Below are positions 44,296-58,689 of a stretch of 64,000 nucleotides of DNA, one piece after another (within the stretch, counting starts at the first letter, position 1; every line of letters starts with the position of its first letter). Under the pieces are notes generated by a model that did not search any database, was not told the DNA's origin, and saw only the letters and a program-made list of their open reading frames with translations. The DNA is from Eledone cirrhosa (Eukaryota), in assembly GCA_964016885.1 (NCBI GenBank), contig OZ024741.1, positions 340,876,001-340,940,000 of the forward strand. Direction: 5' to 3'. The position numbers and the translations under genes were made by a program.

Positions 44296-45997
44296 AGCCT
44301 TGCCCTCCTTGATCCTCTTCTTGGCTCACTGAAGCTCCTCTCTGGTGAAGGGCTCTGTCTCAACATCCAGTTCCTCAAACAGCCGCCTGATCTCCCCAGT
44401 GCTCTGGGCTGTGGAGGGTGGCTCTCCTAGTAGGGTCCTAAAATGGTCTAGCCATTTCCTCTTCCTATCCTCGGGCCCCGTTCCCTGGATCTGACTCGAA
44501 CACCTCTTCCTCCCTGGAAGGCAAGGCTCATGGAGAAGATGGAGTGGCATCAGAGGTGATGAAGAGGTGTGATTTTGATGATATCATCCTGGGGTTCTGT
44601 AACGGGGCACTGGAGAAAGGAGTTGCCCCGAATCAGTGGAGGATCAGTAACATCGTCCCAGTGCCAAAGAAGGGAGATCTCTCTAACACCAACAACTACC
44701 GGGGGATCTCACTGACGTCACTTGTGGCAAAGACCCTCAACAGGATGATTCTTAACAGGATCCAGCCTGAGATGGAGAAGAAGCTCAGGGACAACCAGAA
44801 CGGCTTCAGAGAGGGTAGATCAACCACCAGTCACATCCTGATGCTGAGGAGGATATTAGAGGGAGCTAGAGTAAAGTGCCTTCCTGCGGTCATGGTTTTC
44901 ATTGACTTTAGGAAGGCCTTTGATTCTGTGGACCATTACTGCCTGATGAAGATCTTACAGGCTTATGGAATCCCCAAGAGGATAGTGGACCTGATATCAC
45001 TGCTCTACACCAACACCAAAGCCCAAGTCATTACACTTGATGGGATGACAGAGTTCTTTGAGATACTGGCTGGAGTGTTCCAGGGAGCTACATTGGCTCC
45101 CTACCTTTTTATCATCGTAGTGGACTATTGTATGCGCCTTGCACTGGAGAAACACCAGGACTCTGGCTTTACTGTAGCACCGGCTCAGAGCAGGAGAGTT
45201 AGGGCGAAAAAGGTATCGGATGCTGAATTTGCCGACGACATAGTTTTGGTGACAAATACAGTGAAGGAGGCAGAGGATTTGATGCGGGAGGTTGAGACTG
45301 TGTCGATGAGTGTGGGGCTGAGAATGAATGAGACTAAAACAAAATATCTGGTAGAGAATGTTGAGAAGACAGAGGGGATCACTAATGTAGGCGGGAAGCC
45401 GCTGGAATTGGTTGAGGACTTCCTGTATTTGGGAGCAAGGATTGGGAATACGGAAGATGATGTGGTTGAGAGGAAGAGCAAGGCCTGGGCGGCGTGCCAC
45501 AGCTTGAGATCGGTGTGGAAGTCGGACCTTCGTAGAGACCTGAAAGTCCGCCTCTTCATTGCTGTAGTGGAGTCTGTGTTGCTGTATGGGTCTGAGACTT
45601 GGACACTGACCAAGAAACTCACTCAGATGGTGGATGGGTGCTACACGAGAATGCTGAGGATGGCTCTGAACATTAATCAGTATACACTGAGGATGAAAAA
45701 CTCAGAGCTGTATGGGAGCATCCCAAAAGTCAGCTCAAAAGTGACACAGAGGAGACTGAGGTTGGCTGAACATGCTCACCGACATCCAGAGTTGACATTG
45801 CACTCAGTGCTCCTTTGGGAGCCCCTACATGGACACACTAGAAGAGGAAGACCAAGGTTAACGTATGTTGATGCCCTAAGGACAGACACTGGTCTGTTGG
45901 AGATGCAGGACATGGCAGCGATAATGAGGGACAGAGACCGCTGGAGAGAACTCGTCCATGGATCTCGGGAATTTTACCCGCCTTAGATAGATAGATT
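44296..45997 (+). mobile_element. RTE-clade LINE, 5'-truncated with 5' inversion
   Basis: 44296-44515 is inverted; (TAGA)n tail; ATTATTATTAG on both flanks (TSD). Confidence 0.9.
44517..45986 (+). CDS. RTE reverse transcriptase domain and C-terminus (open frame, lacks endonuclease and native start)
   Basis: VPVPKKGD..NYRGISL, QNGFR, FIDFRKAFDSV, GVFQGATLAPYLF, FADD, FLYLG, VLLYGSETW. Confidence 0.85.
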   Translation, partial: EGKAHGEDGVASEVMKRCDFDDIILGFCNGALEKGVAPNQWRISNIVPVPKKGDLSNTNNYRGISLTSLVAKTLNRMILNRIQPEMEKKLRDNQNGFREGRSTTSHILMLRRILEGARVKCLPAVMVFIDFRKAFDSVDHYCLMKILQAYGIPKRIVDLISLLYTNTKAQVITLDGMTEFFEILAGVFQGATLAPYLFIIVVDYCMRLALEKHQDSGFTVAPAQSRRVRAKKVSDAEFADDIVLVTNTVKEAEDLMREVETVSMSVGLRMNETKTKYLVENVEKTEGITNVGGKPLELVEDFLYLGARIGNTEDDVVERKSKAWAACHSLRSVWKSDLRRDLKVRLFIAVVESVLLYGSETWTLTKKLTQMVDGCYTRMLRMALNINQYTLRMKNSELYGSIPKVSSKVTQRRLRLAEHAHRHPELTLHSVLLWEPLHGHTRRGRPRLTYVDALRTDTGLLEMQDMAAIMRDRDRWRELVHGSREFYPP

Positions 45998-46003
45998 ATT
46001 ATT

Positions 46004-46653
46004 AGGGCGGTGGATTGGCAGAATCGGTAGAGCCTCGGACATCCTGCTTTTCCGCATAGAGTTACGGCCCTTTACGGTCTGAGTTCAAATCCCACCGAGG
46101 TTAACTTTGCCTATCATCCTTACGGGGTCGATAAAATAAAGTACCAGTCACGCACTGGGGTCGATTTAATTGACTTTCCCCTCCCCCCAAATTACTGGCC
46201 TTGTGCCTATACTAGAAATCATTATTATTAGGGCGGTGGATTGGCAGTATCGGTAGAGGGTCGGACGTCATGCTTTGACGCATAGAGTTACGGCCCTTGC
46301 CATTCTGAGTTCAAATCCCGCCGAGGTTAACTTTGCCTTTCATCCTTACGGGGTCGATAAAATAAAGTACCAGTAATACAGTGGGTAATTGCTGGCCTTG
46401 TGCCTAAAGTAGAAACAATTATTAGGGCGGTGGATTGACAGAATCAGTAGAGCGTCGGACAATATGCTTAGCAGCATAGAATCACGGCCCTTTACTTTCT
46501 GAGTTCAAATCCTGTCGAGGTTAGCTTTACTTTTCATCCTTATGGGGTCGATGGAATAAAGCACCAGTAATGCACTGGTGTCGATTTAATCGACTTTCCC
46601 CTCCCTTTCAAATTGCTGGCCTTGTGCCTAAAATAGAAACAATTATTATTATT
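46004..46653 (+). mobile_element. Three SINEs head-to-tail, joined by (ATT)n
   Basis: GGGCGGTGGATTG heads at about 46004, 46231 and 46424. Confidence 0.9.
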
Positions 46654-46729
46654 ACTGTTTCTTCGTTCAGTTTCTAGCGCTGGAAATGTATTACAGTATT
46701 AGCTGTTCACTATCATTACACTTAGGTAA

Positions 46730-47620
46730 CACCCCTTGTTTTTCGAGTGCCCTCCGGAGTATTCGAACTGTTCCAAGAAATGTATTGCAATCCCTATTTG
46801 TTTAATGTACTTCTCAAGATTCCCAATACTCACTGTTCCCAAGACTCCAACTATTATTGGTATTACCATCACCTTTTTCAGTGACCCCCAACTGCTTAAC
46901 CTCTCAAGCTAACCTGTCATCTCTATCATTTTTTACTTCTTTATCGCATACCTTGTTATGACCCAACGCTGTTTGCTATCTTTCTCAACAATGTACTCTC
47001 TGGTTTCCTATGCTCAATCTCATGGTCAAATTGTACCACAAAGTCCCACAGGATCTTTGCATCATTATTTTCGATAACGCCTTAAGGATTGTGTTCGTAC
47101 CACTTGTCTGCTCTGTCTAGTGCATATTTTTCACAAAGTGCCCAATCGACTATCTTTGCTATCTTGTCATGACGTCTCTTATATTCTTTCTGAGCTAGTG
47201 GTGTTGATTGATTGTTAATATGTCACAGTTTCTCAGTTCATGCCACAAATTCTACACTTATCACTTTCTGCTGTGTAATCTACTCCATGCTTGATGTAGT
47301 TAGTTCTTAGTGCTTGGTCTTGAGCAGCGCAGATTAAAGATTCTGTTTCCGGTTTTAGATCACTTTTAGCCATCCATAACCACCTTTTTTCTCCATTGAG
47401 AATTGTCCATATATTCTTTTTTCATCCATCTTCAAATGCGTGTACCATGTTTTTGTTTACAATCATCTCTTTTGTACATCCCTGATCTTCTTATTTCCAG
47501 CAACAGTTCTGTGGAATGTTTTATCTACCACGCCATGTTATTTTTTTTCTCTTCTAATGCTGTCTTCGCACCCCATCAGTATTTTTCCTCCTCTTTCTTG
47601 GTGTATATAATTTGTCTGTG
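46730..47620 (-). pseudogene. Degraded R4-type LINE 3' region
   Basis: Read manually: DLKPETESLICAAQDQALRTNYIK, YKRRHDKIAK, ILWD, PIIVGVLG. Confidence 0.75.
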
Positions 47621-48662
47621 TCGCTCTTTGGGTGAAATACCCCATATAGATAATAATTAGATAACTAAAGGAAACAGTAAATTAAATAATGGCATACACC
47701 CTTCTACGCTTCCTTCTAGCACTACTGGCCATATTCTGTATAATAACCAAAAATATCCTAATAATAATAATAAAAATATTATGAATAAAATGCACAGTAA
47801 TAACACTAAACCTAACATCTATAAAGTTAATAATAAGACTGAAGGTAATAATCAAAATAATTTAAATCCCAATCACTTTAAGAATACACTTATTAGTAAC
47901 AAAAATGAAAATAATAGAAGAAGGTTTAATTCCTATTTTAATCCACCTTTCAACTTAAATGTATCTGCAAATATACCTAAAGTATTCTTCTCAATTATTG
48001 AAAAAATTGTCCCACTTAATCACAAATACCATAATTTAATTAATAAAAACACTATTAAAATCTCTTATTCAACCACACCTAACATTGTTAATCACACAGT
48101 GCGTAGTAATAAAAGGAAAATTAATAAATATTTTACTTCTTGTAACTTAACAATTTACAATCATTACATACGCTTAACAATACTGTACCTAATAATACTA
48201 GTAACCACTCTCATAATACACTAGAACCTAGGACTTATAGGAACATTAATAACTACAGCATTCGTATACCAAATTCTAATAACTCTTTACATCTTTACCC
48301 ACAAAACTGCTTAATTACTAACTATAATTGTAGACTTAATAGTGTATGCCCCCTAATGGAAATTGCCTCGTTAAGAAAATTGTTTATTTCTGTACTGTCA
48401 CAACTTCTATTAGCTCTAAAATCTATATTGGTTCTACTTCGAACAGCTTTAAGACAAGATATAATTTCATCTCCATACTTTCAAGAATTCTAAGCTTAAA
48501 CATGCGACCTCATTAGCTACTTTTATTTTACAATTGAAAAATAACAATACACTTTAGACCCTAACCTGGAAGGCGATTGCCAAAACTTCATCCTATAAAC
48601 CTTCCAATAAAATGTGTAGCCTTTGCTTTCTTGAGTCTCATATTATTTACTCTAACCTCTAA

Positions 48663-48850
48663 AGGTCGGTGAATTGGCAGTATCAGTAGAGGGTTGGACG
48701 CCATGCTTTCTAGCATAGTTACGTCCCTTTACAGTCTGAATTCAAATCCCGCCGAGGTTAACTTTGCCTTTCATCCTTACGGGGTCGATAAAATAAAGTA
48801 CCAGTAATGTACTGGGTAATTGCTGGCCTTGTGCCTAAAGTAGAAACAAT
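48663..48850 (+). mobile_element. SINE inserted in the PLE endonuclease region
   Basis: 17-bp TSD ATTATTTACTCTAACCT at 48642 and 48849. Confidence 0.9.
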
Positions 48851-49275
48851 TATTTACTCTAACCTAAATGTATTAAATAGAATGTCCAAGATCTTTTCCA
48901 CTTGTCCTTACAAAAATATCCATTCTTTTCACTATTTTAGACCCTAATAACTAGTATATATCACATCTATATTGTATACCTTATTATTTGCAGTACCACT
49001 AGTATCACTGTGTAATAATTACACCTTTCAAACCTAAATGTTTCATAATATATCTAACTACTATATAGGTCAATCAGTTTTTTTTCACACATTCCTTCAC
49101 AGATTCCTACTTTGACTAATATTTTTTTATAACCACTACACTTTATTATAACCAACACACCACATTAAGTACTTTAATAATACATTGTTTCCACACCTTA
49201 TTTCACAAGCCTCTTTTCCCTTATTTTTGGCTAATAATTTTATAACAACCATCGCATCACCCATTATATATATTA

Positions 49276-49589
49276 ATTGTTTCTACTTTAGGCACAAGGC
49301 CAGCAATTACCCAGTGCATTACTGGTACTTTATTTTATCGACCCCGTAAGGATGAAAGACAAAGTCAACCTCGGCGGGATTTGAACTCATTATATATTAA
49401 TTGTTTCTACTTTAGGCACAAGGCCAGCAATTACCCAGTGCATTACTGGTACTTTATTTTATTGACCCCGTAAGGATGAAAGGCAAAGTTAACCTTGGCG
49501 GGATTTGAACTCAGATTGGCAAGGGACATAACTCTATGCGTCAAAGCATGGCGTCCGGCCCTCTACCGATACTGCCAATCCACCGCCCT
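49276..49589 (-). mobile_element. One truncated and one full SINE at the same site
   Basis: CATTATATATTAAT-like TSD occurs three times (49262, 49388, 49590). Confidence 0.88.
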
Positions 49590-50765
49590 CATTATATATT
49601 AATATTAACTATTCAGTACCAATAAAATTAAATTACTAATTTCTTTATCTTTTAATAATGCATAACTTTTAAGTATACATAAATAGTTTCTTTAATAATG
49701 TATAACATTTTAATTATACATAGATAATTTCCTTCATTGCAATTTGTAAATTTAAATTTTTTTTGAAGTTTTATAGTTTTGCAATCATTAGCCCTAGAAA
49801 TTTTCTAATTCGATCCTCATATATCTTTACATATTAATTTGTCTTTGTTTTTTATATAATCAATTTCCTTATTAACTCTTTAATATCTAATATTTCGTAC
49901 ATGAATTACCTCCGCTTTATTTTGCTTTAACCGTATTTTTAAGGATTGACTTCAAAATATATTTCATTTCTATGTTAAGAAGTTATATGTTTTATACTCT
50001 TGATAGTATATCAGTCGAACTGTATAATGCCTTAGGTGATGTGTCCTAAATACCTCATTTATAGTACTTTCATTTATATTGTCTCTTTTCACTTTCATGG
50101 CTTGCTTGTTTTATTGATTCCCCACAACATAACTTTTTTGGACGTTTATAAAATCGTTATTATTCCTGAATTGTGTGGTTGGATTTATAGTTTTAAATTG
50201 TACCAAGATCATGCGCCTGTCTGTAATCTTATGTTATACTACACTTGCATCTAACCCTTGAAAATGCTTAAATCCTTAAGCTTTATTTTGCAATAAAAGT
50301 TTCCTCTGTTTTTATTACCAACTTTTTCACCATCAATTTTGTCCACAACTGTATGTGGATTTTTGCTGTACTTCGTTTATCTGTAACCATATGTATTTTA
50401 CTTTATTTCATCGCCTTTTATCTGCTCCTGATTTGTTATCTACTCCTATTTTTCAAATGTATTCCGCCTCAGTTGTTTGGTTATCTTGTATAAATATTAA
50501 TACTTGCTCTCATCTAGCCTGTCATAATATGTATCCTCCAAATGTTCCCGAAGCAAAGTTTAGATCCTATATTTGTATTTAACTCTTGTAATAATTCTCA
50601 AGACAACTGCCTTGTGCTGGGATGAAACGGTCGTTAGTTATTAAATGTTTGAAAGAAACACTCTTTGATTATTATTTACATTGTATTTCGGCTCTGTATT
50701 ATACTTGATATATTACATCGAGCTATAATCATATTTTGTAACTGGGTAATATTTAATATTAGTCA

Positions 50766-50809
<44 letters not shown>

Positions 50810-50840
50810 GGAGTGTAATGCGGAGTTACTGTAGGTTCAG

Positions 50841-50880
<40 letters not shown>

Positions 50881-51085
50881 TTCAACCCATACTTCCTTCC
50901 TCCCATTGGAATTTTCTAGATACTCTTTACATCTGAAAATGTAGTCACACCTCATGAACCTGTGAGATCACAGGGAAACTTCAGATTAACATGACTCTAA
51001 ACTTGACCGCAATACAGTAGATATTAATTTTTACTATAGTATTGAATGCTATTACTCGCGACTGCCGTTACTAAGCAAACAAATG

Positions 51086-51195
<110 letters not shown>

Positions 51196-51554
51196 GACAG
51201 ACAGAAACCGACAGAGAGGCAGGCAACAATTACACAAAGTCTTATTAGCTTCATACTTATGAGAAAAGGAATAAACATGTTTCAACGTATTGGGCGTTAG
51301 TCCTTCATCAGTAAAGTTAGGAGAAATAGGAGGCTGGAAGGTTGAAAGAAGAATTCTAATAGGATAGGGGAGTTGGCCAGGTAAGTGGTGGCATAAGTAG
51401 TTCAGTGTATGGGAGTGTTAGCAGAGGTGGTGTTGAAGCATCCATGTGTATCATTGGTGCCGGTGTGTATGTGTGGACAAGGTGCATTTTGTGAGTGTAT
51501 GTGTGAGTATTTATGTATAAATGTTAAATGTGTGTGTGTGTTCACTCCCCTGCC

Positions 51555-51627
<73 letters not shown>

Positions 51628-52460
51628 ATACAATAACAGAGATAGTTTAAAGCTAAACTCTGACTGGTAACCATCTCACTCAACAAACATTAGGTTATAT
51701 TAAAATATAAACCAATTTAAGTGTTTGGGGTGCTAACAATATGTATAATGTGGAAAAACCAGTTGTATTATTTTATGAGATATAATTAAAGTTAAAGTAT
51801 ATCTCTCTTTCCAAACAATTGTTTCATTATAAGTTTTCTACAAGTTTGGGAGAATGTTTCCAGTTTATGTAGAAGCCTAATATATATTCATGTAAGAATA
51901 TATTTAGGTGGGCACTTATAAATCATCAGTGGAAGCCCATTAAACATTGATATAAGAAAACAATTTCTTACCGCTGTCAAAAATATATAATATATATGTA
52001 TATCTTTATCTATATATCTTTATCTCTCTATATATATATATTTATATATATATATGTATGCCCGCTTATGTGTGCGCACGATGACACATACATGCGTGTA
52101 ATAGTACATATATTCATATATACATCTAATAGATGTATCTAATAGAAAGATAGGGTGGAGTCGGAAATCAGGAATGCTACCTAGAAACACGAAAACTTGA
52201 CACCACATATTTCCATTCTTCAGTACCGTCTGATACAGTCCTGATGTTTCAGACCGGAAGCACTTCAACTCTCAAGAAGGTTCATGATACATTTCCGTTA
52301 ACTGGTCAGTAGCCATGTTAATGACGTCATACATTTGAATTTAGTGGGCTTTTTTCATTTCATTTTTTTTTTTTTTTTGCTTTTATTTCATTAATTTATT
52401 TATTTATCCTGCAATTGGTCATGTAATACATTGCAGTGGTATGCAAACATAGTAAACTTG

Positions 52461-52552
<92 letters not shown>

Positions 52553-53080
52553 TGTATATGAGGCTAATTCAAGAGAATCCGAGAAGCCTCAGCCATTCTT
52601 TACTCATTGATATAAGATTTGTAAGAAAATATGTTATTTTTATGTAAGGAAACGGCAATGCGTGGGCAATGATTGTTGTATACCATATAAACCTGGACTA
52701 TCGATATATTCTGTTCTATAGTCTAATCATAACAGTTACAACTGCAAATGTTATTCACAGTAGTTATGCAATATCAGCAAACATTACACAACTGGACCTT
52801 GAGTTTGTCATTAGCGGGAGATCGTCCACTTCAAACGGAAACGTTTTTCTATGACACATCCAAGTCCAGTCGCAACCGTCACTAAATTTAACATTTTCAA
52901 GCTTGTAATGACACTTGATGCCACATAGAGAAAATCGGTGAAATTAACCCTTATAAGGAAACGCGCTGGAAAGAAATTCAAAAACTGAATTCCAACACTC
53001 TTAAGCGGACAAATACAGTAAGAAGCAAAAACTGAGATGCAAAAAATATAAATCGAACTAAAATAAAAATAAAAACAACG

Positions 53081-53201
<121 letters not shown>

Positions 53202-53811
53202 GAGATAGAGAGATAAAGATATATTATATATTATATTCAAAGTTATAGATGTCATGTTTGAGATAATCTCGAACACGTGTCTTTTCTCTCAAAATAAGCT
53301 CAAAGAAATAATTCAAAGAACAGATCCGAGCATTTAATCATTATAAAATAGTGAATGACATATATACATACATAAATATCTAATTATATAAATGTATAAT
53401 GGGACATCAAACTTTAACAAAAGACAATCTGGACAGAATGTAAGAATACATAGTTCATTACAGTATCATATTAAAATTTAACAAAAATTAAAAATATATA
53501 TACCTGATGAAAATCATATATATTTTCCTCATATATATCCTTCACAAATCATGAATACATTTCACCAAATATCGGTGAAGTTTGATATGTCCTATTATAC
53601 ATTTATCTCCTTATAATATATAACCAGCAATTTCTCTGTCTGTCTGTCCGACAGTGGAAACACGTGCGCGCGTGCGAATGTTTTTTGCGCACGCGACGCG
53701 TAGAGAGAGAGTGAGAGTGAAAGAAAGAGACAGACTACAACAGGGGGTAGCGGGAGGGAGAGAGGGGGAATTGAGGAGTGGTACAGAAACATATATACAT
53801 TTCTGTGTGTG

Positions 53812-53876
<65 letters not shown>

Positions 53877-53894
53877 GAAATGTATATATGTTTC

Positions 53895-53959
<65 letters not shown>

Positions 53960-54298
53960 CACACACAGAAATGTATATATATTTCTGTGTGTATATATAT
54001 ATATATTACACACACAGAAATGTATATATATATATACACACAGAAATATATATACATCCCTTAGCTACTGTACTGTATCTGTTGCTATCTCTCTCTCTCT
54101 CTCCAGCTATCCCTCTCTTTTAGTCTGTCTGTTTCTCTCACTCTCACTCTTTCTCTTTGTAACACACTAACATTCCTCCCCTCTATCGCTGTGACGAATG
54201 GGGAGATGGAGGAGGAGGAGGAGGAGAGAGTCACTTCGTCACTTCACCTCTGCCTTTCTTTCTCTCCCCTCTCACTCCCTCATTACGTACAGACATTA

Positions 54299-54492
54299 GG
54301 GCGGTGGATTGGCAGAATCTGTAGAGAGTCGGACACCATGCTTCATAGCATGGAGTTACGTCCCTTTACGGTCTGAGTTCAAATACCGCCGAGGTTAACT
54401 TTGCCTTTCATCCTCACGAGGTCGATAAAATAAAGTACCAGTAATGTACTGGGTAATTGCTGGCCTTGTGCCAAAAGTAGAAACAATTATTA
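54299..54492 (+). mobile_element. SINE, dominant family
   Basis: A/B boxes and core. Confidence 0.88.
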
Positions 54493-54789
54493 GAAACATT
54501 GCTTCATTTTTACATATCTAAGCATTAGTAAAATAACTAATAATTTCAAAAGTAATTTTTCAATTCCAATTGTTATGAACAGCAAAACATTAATAATAAT
54601 TTTCTTCTAAGAAATATATATACATTTCTGTGTGTGTAATATATATATATATATACACACACAGAAATATATATACATTTCTGTGTGTCTAATATATATA
54701 TATACACACAGAAATATATATACATTTCTGTGTGTGTAATATATATATATATATATACACACAGAAATATATATACATTTCTGTGTGTG

Positions 54790-54821
<32 letters not shown>

Positions 54822-54824
<3 letters not shown>

Positions 54825-55333
54825 GATAAATCTACCAAGAGTTTACGGTAGTGTCCAATCCGTATGAAGAACTCAATGTATTCCGGATATCATGGAAAGA
54901 AGAGATGTAATGAAAAATCACTTTCGGTGAAAGATAAACGGTATACAGAGTCAAGATAAAATATTAAACAAATAATGAATAAAACAATGAAACAGTTCCT
55001 TATATTAAACAAAAAAAGTTCATTATTTAACGATCGTTTCTAGGATATATATGTGTTAGAATTGGCATGCATATTCAACAGATCTATGTACAAAATTATA
55101 CAAAATTATACAAACTATCAAGATTAAATATACATACCAAACACACATATACGCCGTCTTCAGAAATAATGGTATGTATATTTAATCTTGATAGTTTGTA
55201 TAATTTTGTATAATTTTGTACATAGATCTGTTGAATATGCATGCCAATTCTAACACATATATATCCTAGAAACGATCGTTAAATAATGAACTTTTTTTGT
55301 TTAATATAAGGAACTGTTTCATTGTTTTATTCA
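54822..55333. mobile_element. Hairpin-plus-tail element, family G
   Basis: Arms 54957-55138 and 55171-55333 match; about 135-nt tail on the left; TA flanks. Confidence 0.88.
55021..55171 (-). ncRNA. Type I hammerhead ribozyme with about 115-nt stem II
   Basis: CATTATTT-CTGAAGA-long hairpin-GAAAC-GATC-GTT^AAATAATG; perfect 8-bp stem I; palindromic ACGATCGT. Confidence 0.8.
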
Positions 55334-55970
55334 TTATTTGTTTAATATTTTATATATATATATATATATACACACACAGAAATATATATACATTTCTGTG
55401 TGTGTAATATATATATATATATACACACAGAAATATATGGGCATTTCTCTGTTTGTCTGTCTGTCCTTCCCTAAAACTCAGATGTAGGTGCTACAGAAAT
55501 ATTACCTTCTTCTTCCTTTCTCCACTTTGGTACTACCAAGAGAAACACTGTCGCTATAGAAACATTACCTTCCCCTCTCCACCGACTTTGGTCACTGAAG
55601 CCGGGGGAATCGCTGGTTGCTATAGAGACACCTTGCACAAGCCAGAAGTAACCAGTTCGAGGCGGTTCTGACTTGACACCATGCCAAGGACCATTTGAAG
55701 ATATATTTCCATCGTTATATCATAACGTTTATGTATCATAACGTTTATATTTCCGTCACTAATCTCTTTTTCTCCTTTTTCGTTTTAACATATATTTATT
55801 TTAAAGTTTTCACCGTATAGATAACATATATATTTATACATGCATAAAAGACACACCGAGAGACGGTGAACATGTGGTGCCGAAAACATTTCTCATCAAA
55901 ATCTCAACAATATCAGTATATACACTAGATTTGCTAGCAGAAAACCGCCCACCGGGTGGTTTTCTGCTAG

Positions 55971-56843
55971 TCTATATATATAAAACTGAGGATGTCTGTC
56001 TGTGTGTGCGTGAGTTTGAATCCCTAAAATTCGAGAACCACCCAACCGACTGTTTTCAAACTTTACACATGTAATACTGATGTTTCAGGGAGTGTTCTGA
56101 GCAAAAGAAATTTCAAATTTTTAATGCCCTAGGTACCGCATTAGACGATTTGGCGATCTCTCTCTATAATTCTTAGTCTTTCTCTTTTTAGATAGATACA
56201 TACATATAACGTCGCGCCCTTATAATATCTGTCTGTATGTCTGGCTGTCTGAATTACCTCACTTCCCTGAGGATGTGTGTGTCTGTGAGTTTGAATCCCT
56301 AAAACTCGAGAAGTACCCAACCGATTCTTTTCAAACTTTACATGTGTATTACTTATGTTTCAACTTTTTGATCTCCTAGGGCCCGCATTAGGTGAAAAAC
56401 TGCGCTTTAAAAGCTTTTTAGGGTTTTTTAAGGCCAATTTCCTTGAAATTGTAACTATGTATTAGTCAGTCTCTTCTTCATACCGTAAGCAGAAAAAACC
56501 CAACTTGTTTATGGCCTAGGGCTCGCATTATGTGAAAAACTTCATTTTTTCAGCTTTTTAGGGCTTTTTGGAGGCGTTACGTCTAGCCGATTTTCCCGAA
56601 ATTTCAAGCCATATGATGCACATAAAAAAATTCATTTTTTTTATCCCCTAGGACTCGCATTAGGTGAAAACCTGCATTTTTCCTGCTTCATCGAGGAAAA
56701 TCTTAAAGATTATCCAGCCATCAGAGTCTTGGGTTTATTTTCTTTACATATTGTCCAGGCATGCAGTTTTTCCACGATTAGGTCTGTTGGCGGCCCGCGT
56801 TCCAAAATACCTTATGCCGTGCAATGCCGGGTAAGACTGCTAG
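55971..56843 (+). mobile_element. Non-autonomous Helitron-like element
   Basis: 5' TCTATATATATAAAA plus (TGTC)n; 3' CCGTGCAATGCCGGG hairpin then CTAG|T; four internal CCTAGG..CGCATTA repeats. Confidence 0.7.
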
Positions 56844-56904
56844 TATATTATATAAATTAAATATTTATATATGTTTATTTGTCATTCACTATTTTGTAAT
56901 GATA

Positions 56905-56943
<39 letters not shown>

Positions 56944-57139
56944 TTTTGCCCCAGAGACGGACGTAGTAGTATGTAGTAATATATATATAGTAATAATAAT
57001 TACGAAAACCAAAATCTGATGGGGGCTCGATAAGGGTTGTATATATATAAAGTATATATAAACTCGTAGAGCAAATATTTAGTACAGATTCAAGTTTAAG
57101 CAAAGAATCGCTGCTTTCACGCTATTATGAGATCTTCTG

Positions 57140-58689
<1,550 letters not shown>

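Larger units (their letters stand above)
47650..50768 (+). mobile_element. Degraded 5'-truncated PLE related to the intact element
   Basis: FNPPFN..NIPKVFF..NKNTIKISYSTTPNI, NCR..CP, IYIGSTSNSFKTRY and CSLC..E; mutated HHR 50590-50642 (AATAATT-CTCAAGA..GAAACGGTCGTT-AGTTATT); ends in (TA)n. Confidence 0.8.
53780..55438. repeat. Palindromic CACACAGAAAT..ATTTCTGTGTGTG/(TA)n satellite, interrupted by a SINE and a hairpin element
   Basis: Units at 53780-54055, 54610-54800 and 55350-55438. Confidence 0.8.

Noticed and set aside
44997-45622. Minus-strand ORFs (also 30664-31302, 25952-26185, 28277-28576)
   Set aside because: Antisense to RT/EN frames; no motifs
46004-46100. SINE heads as tRNA genes
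   Set aside because: No acceptor stem; followed by SINE body and tail
52205-52285. CTGAAGA and GAAAC words near each other
   Set aside because: Order and pairing do not form a hammerhead
52660-53000. Possible host exon in unique-looking sequence
   Set aside because: No recognisable protein motif or supported splice pair
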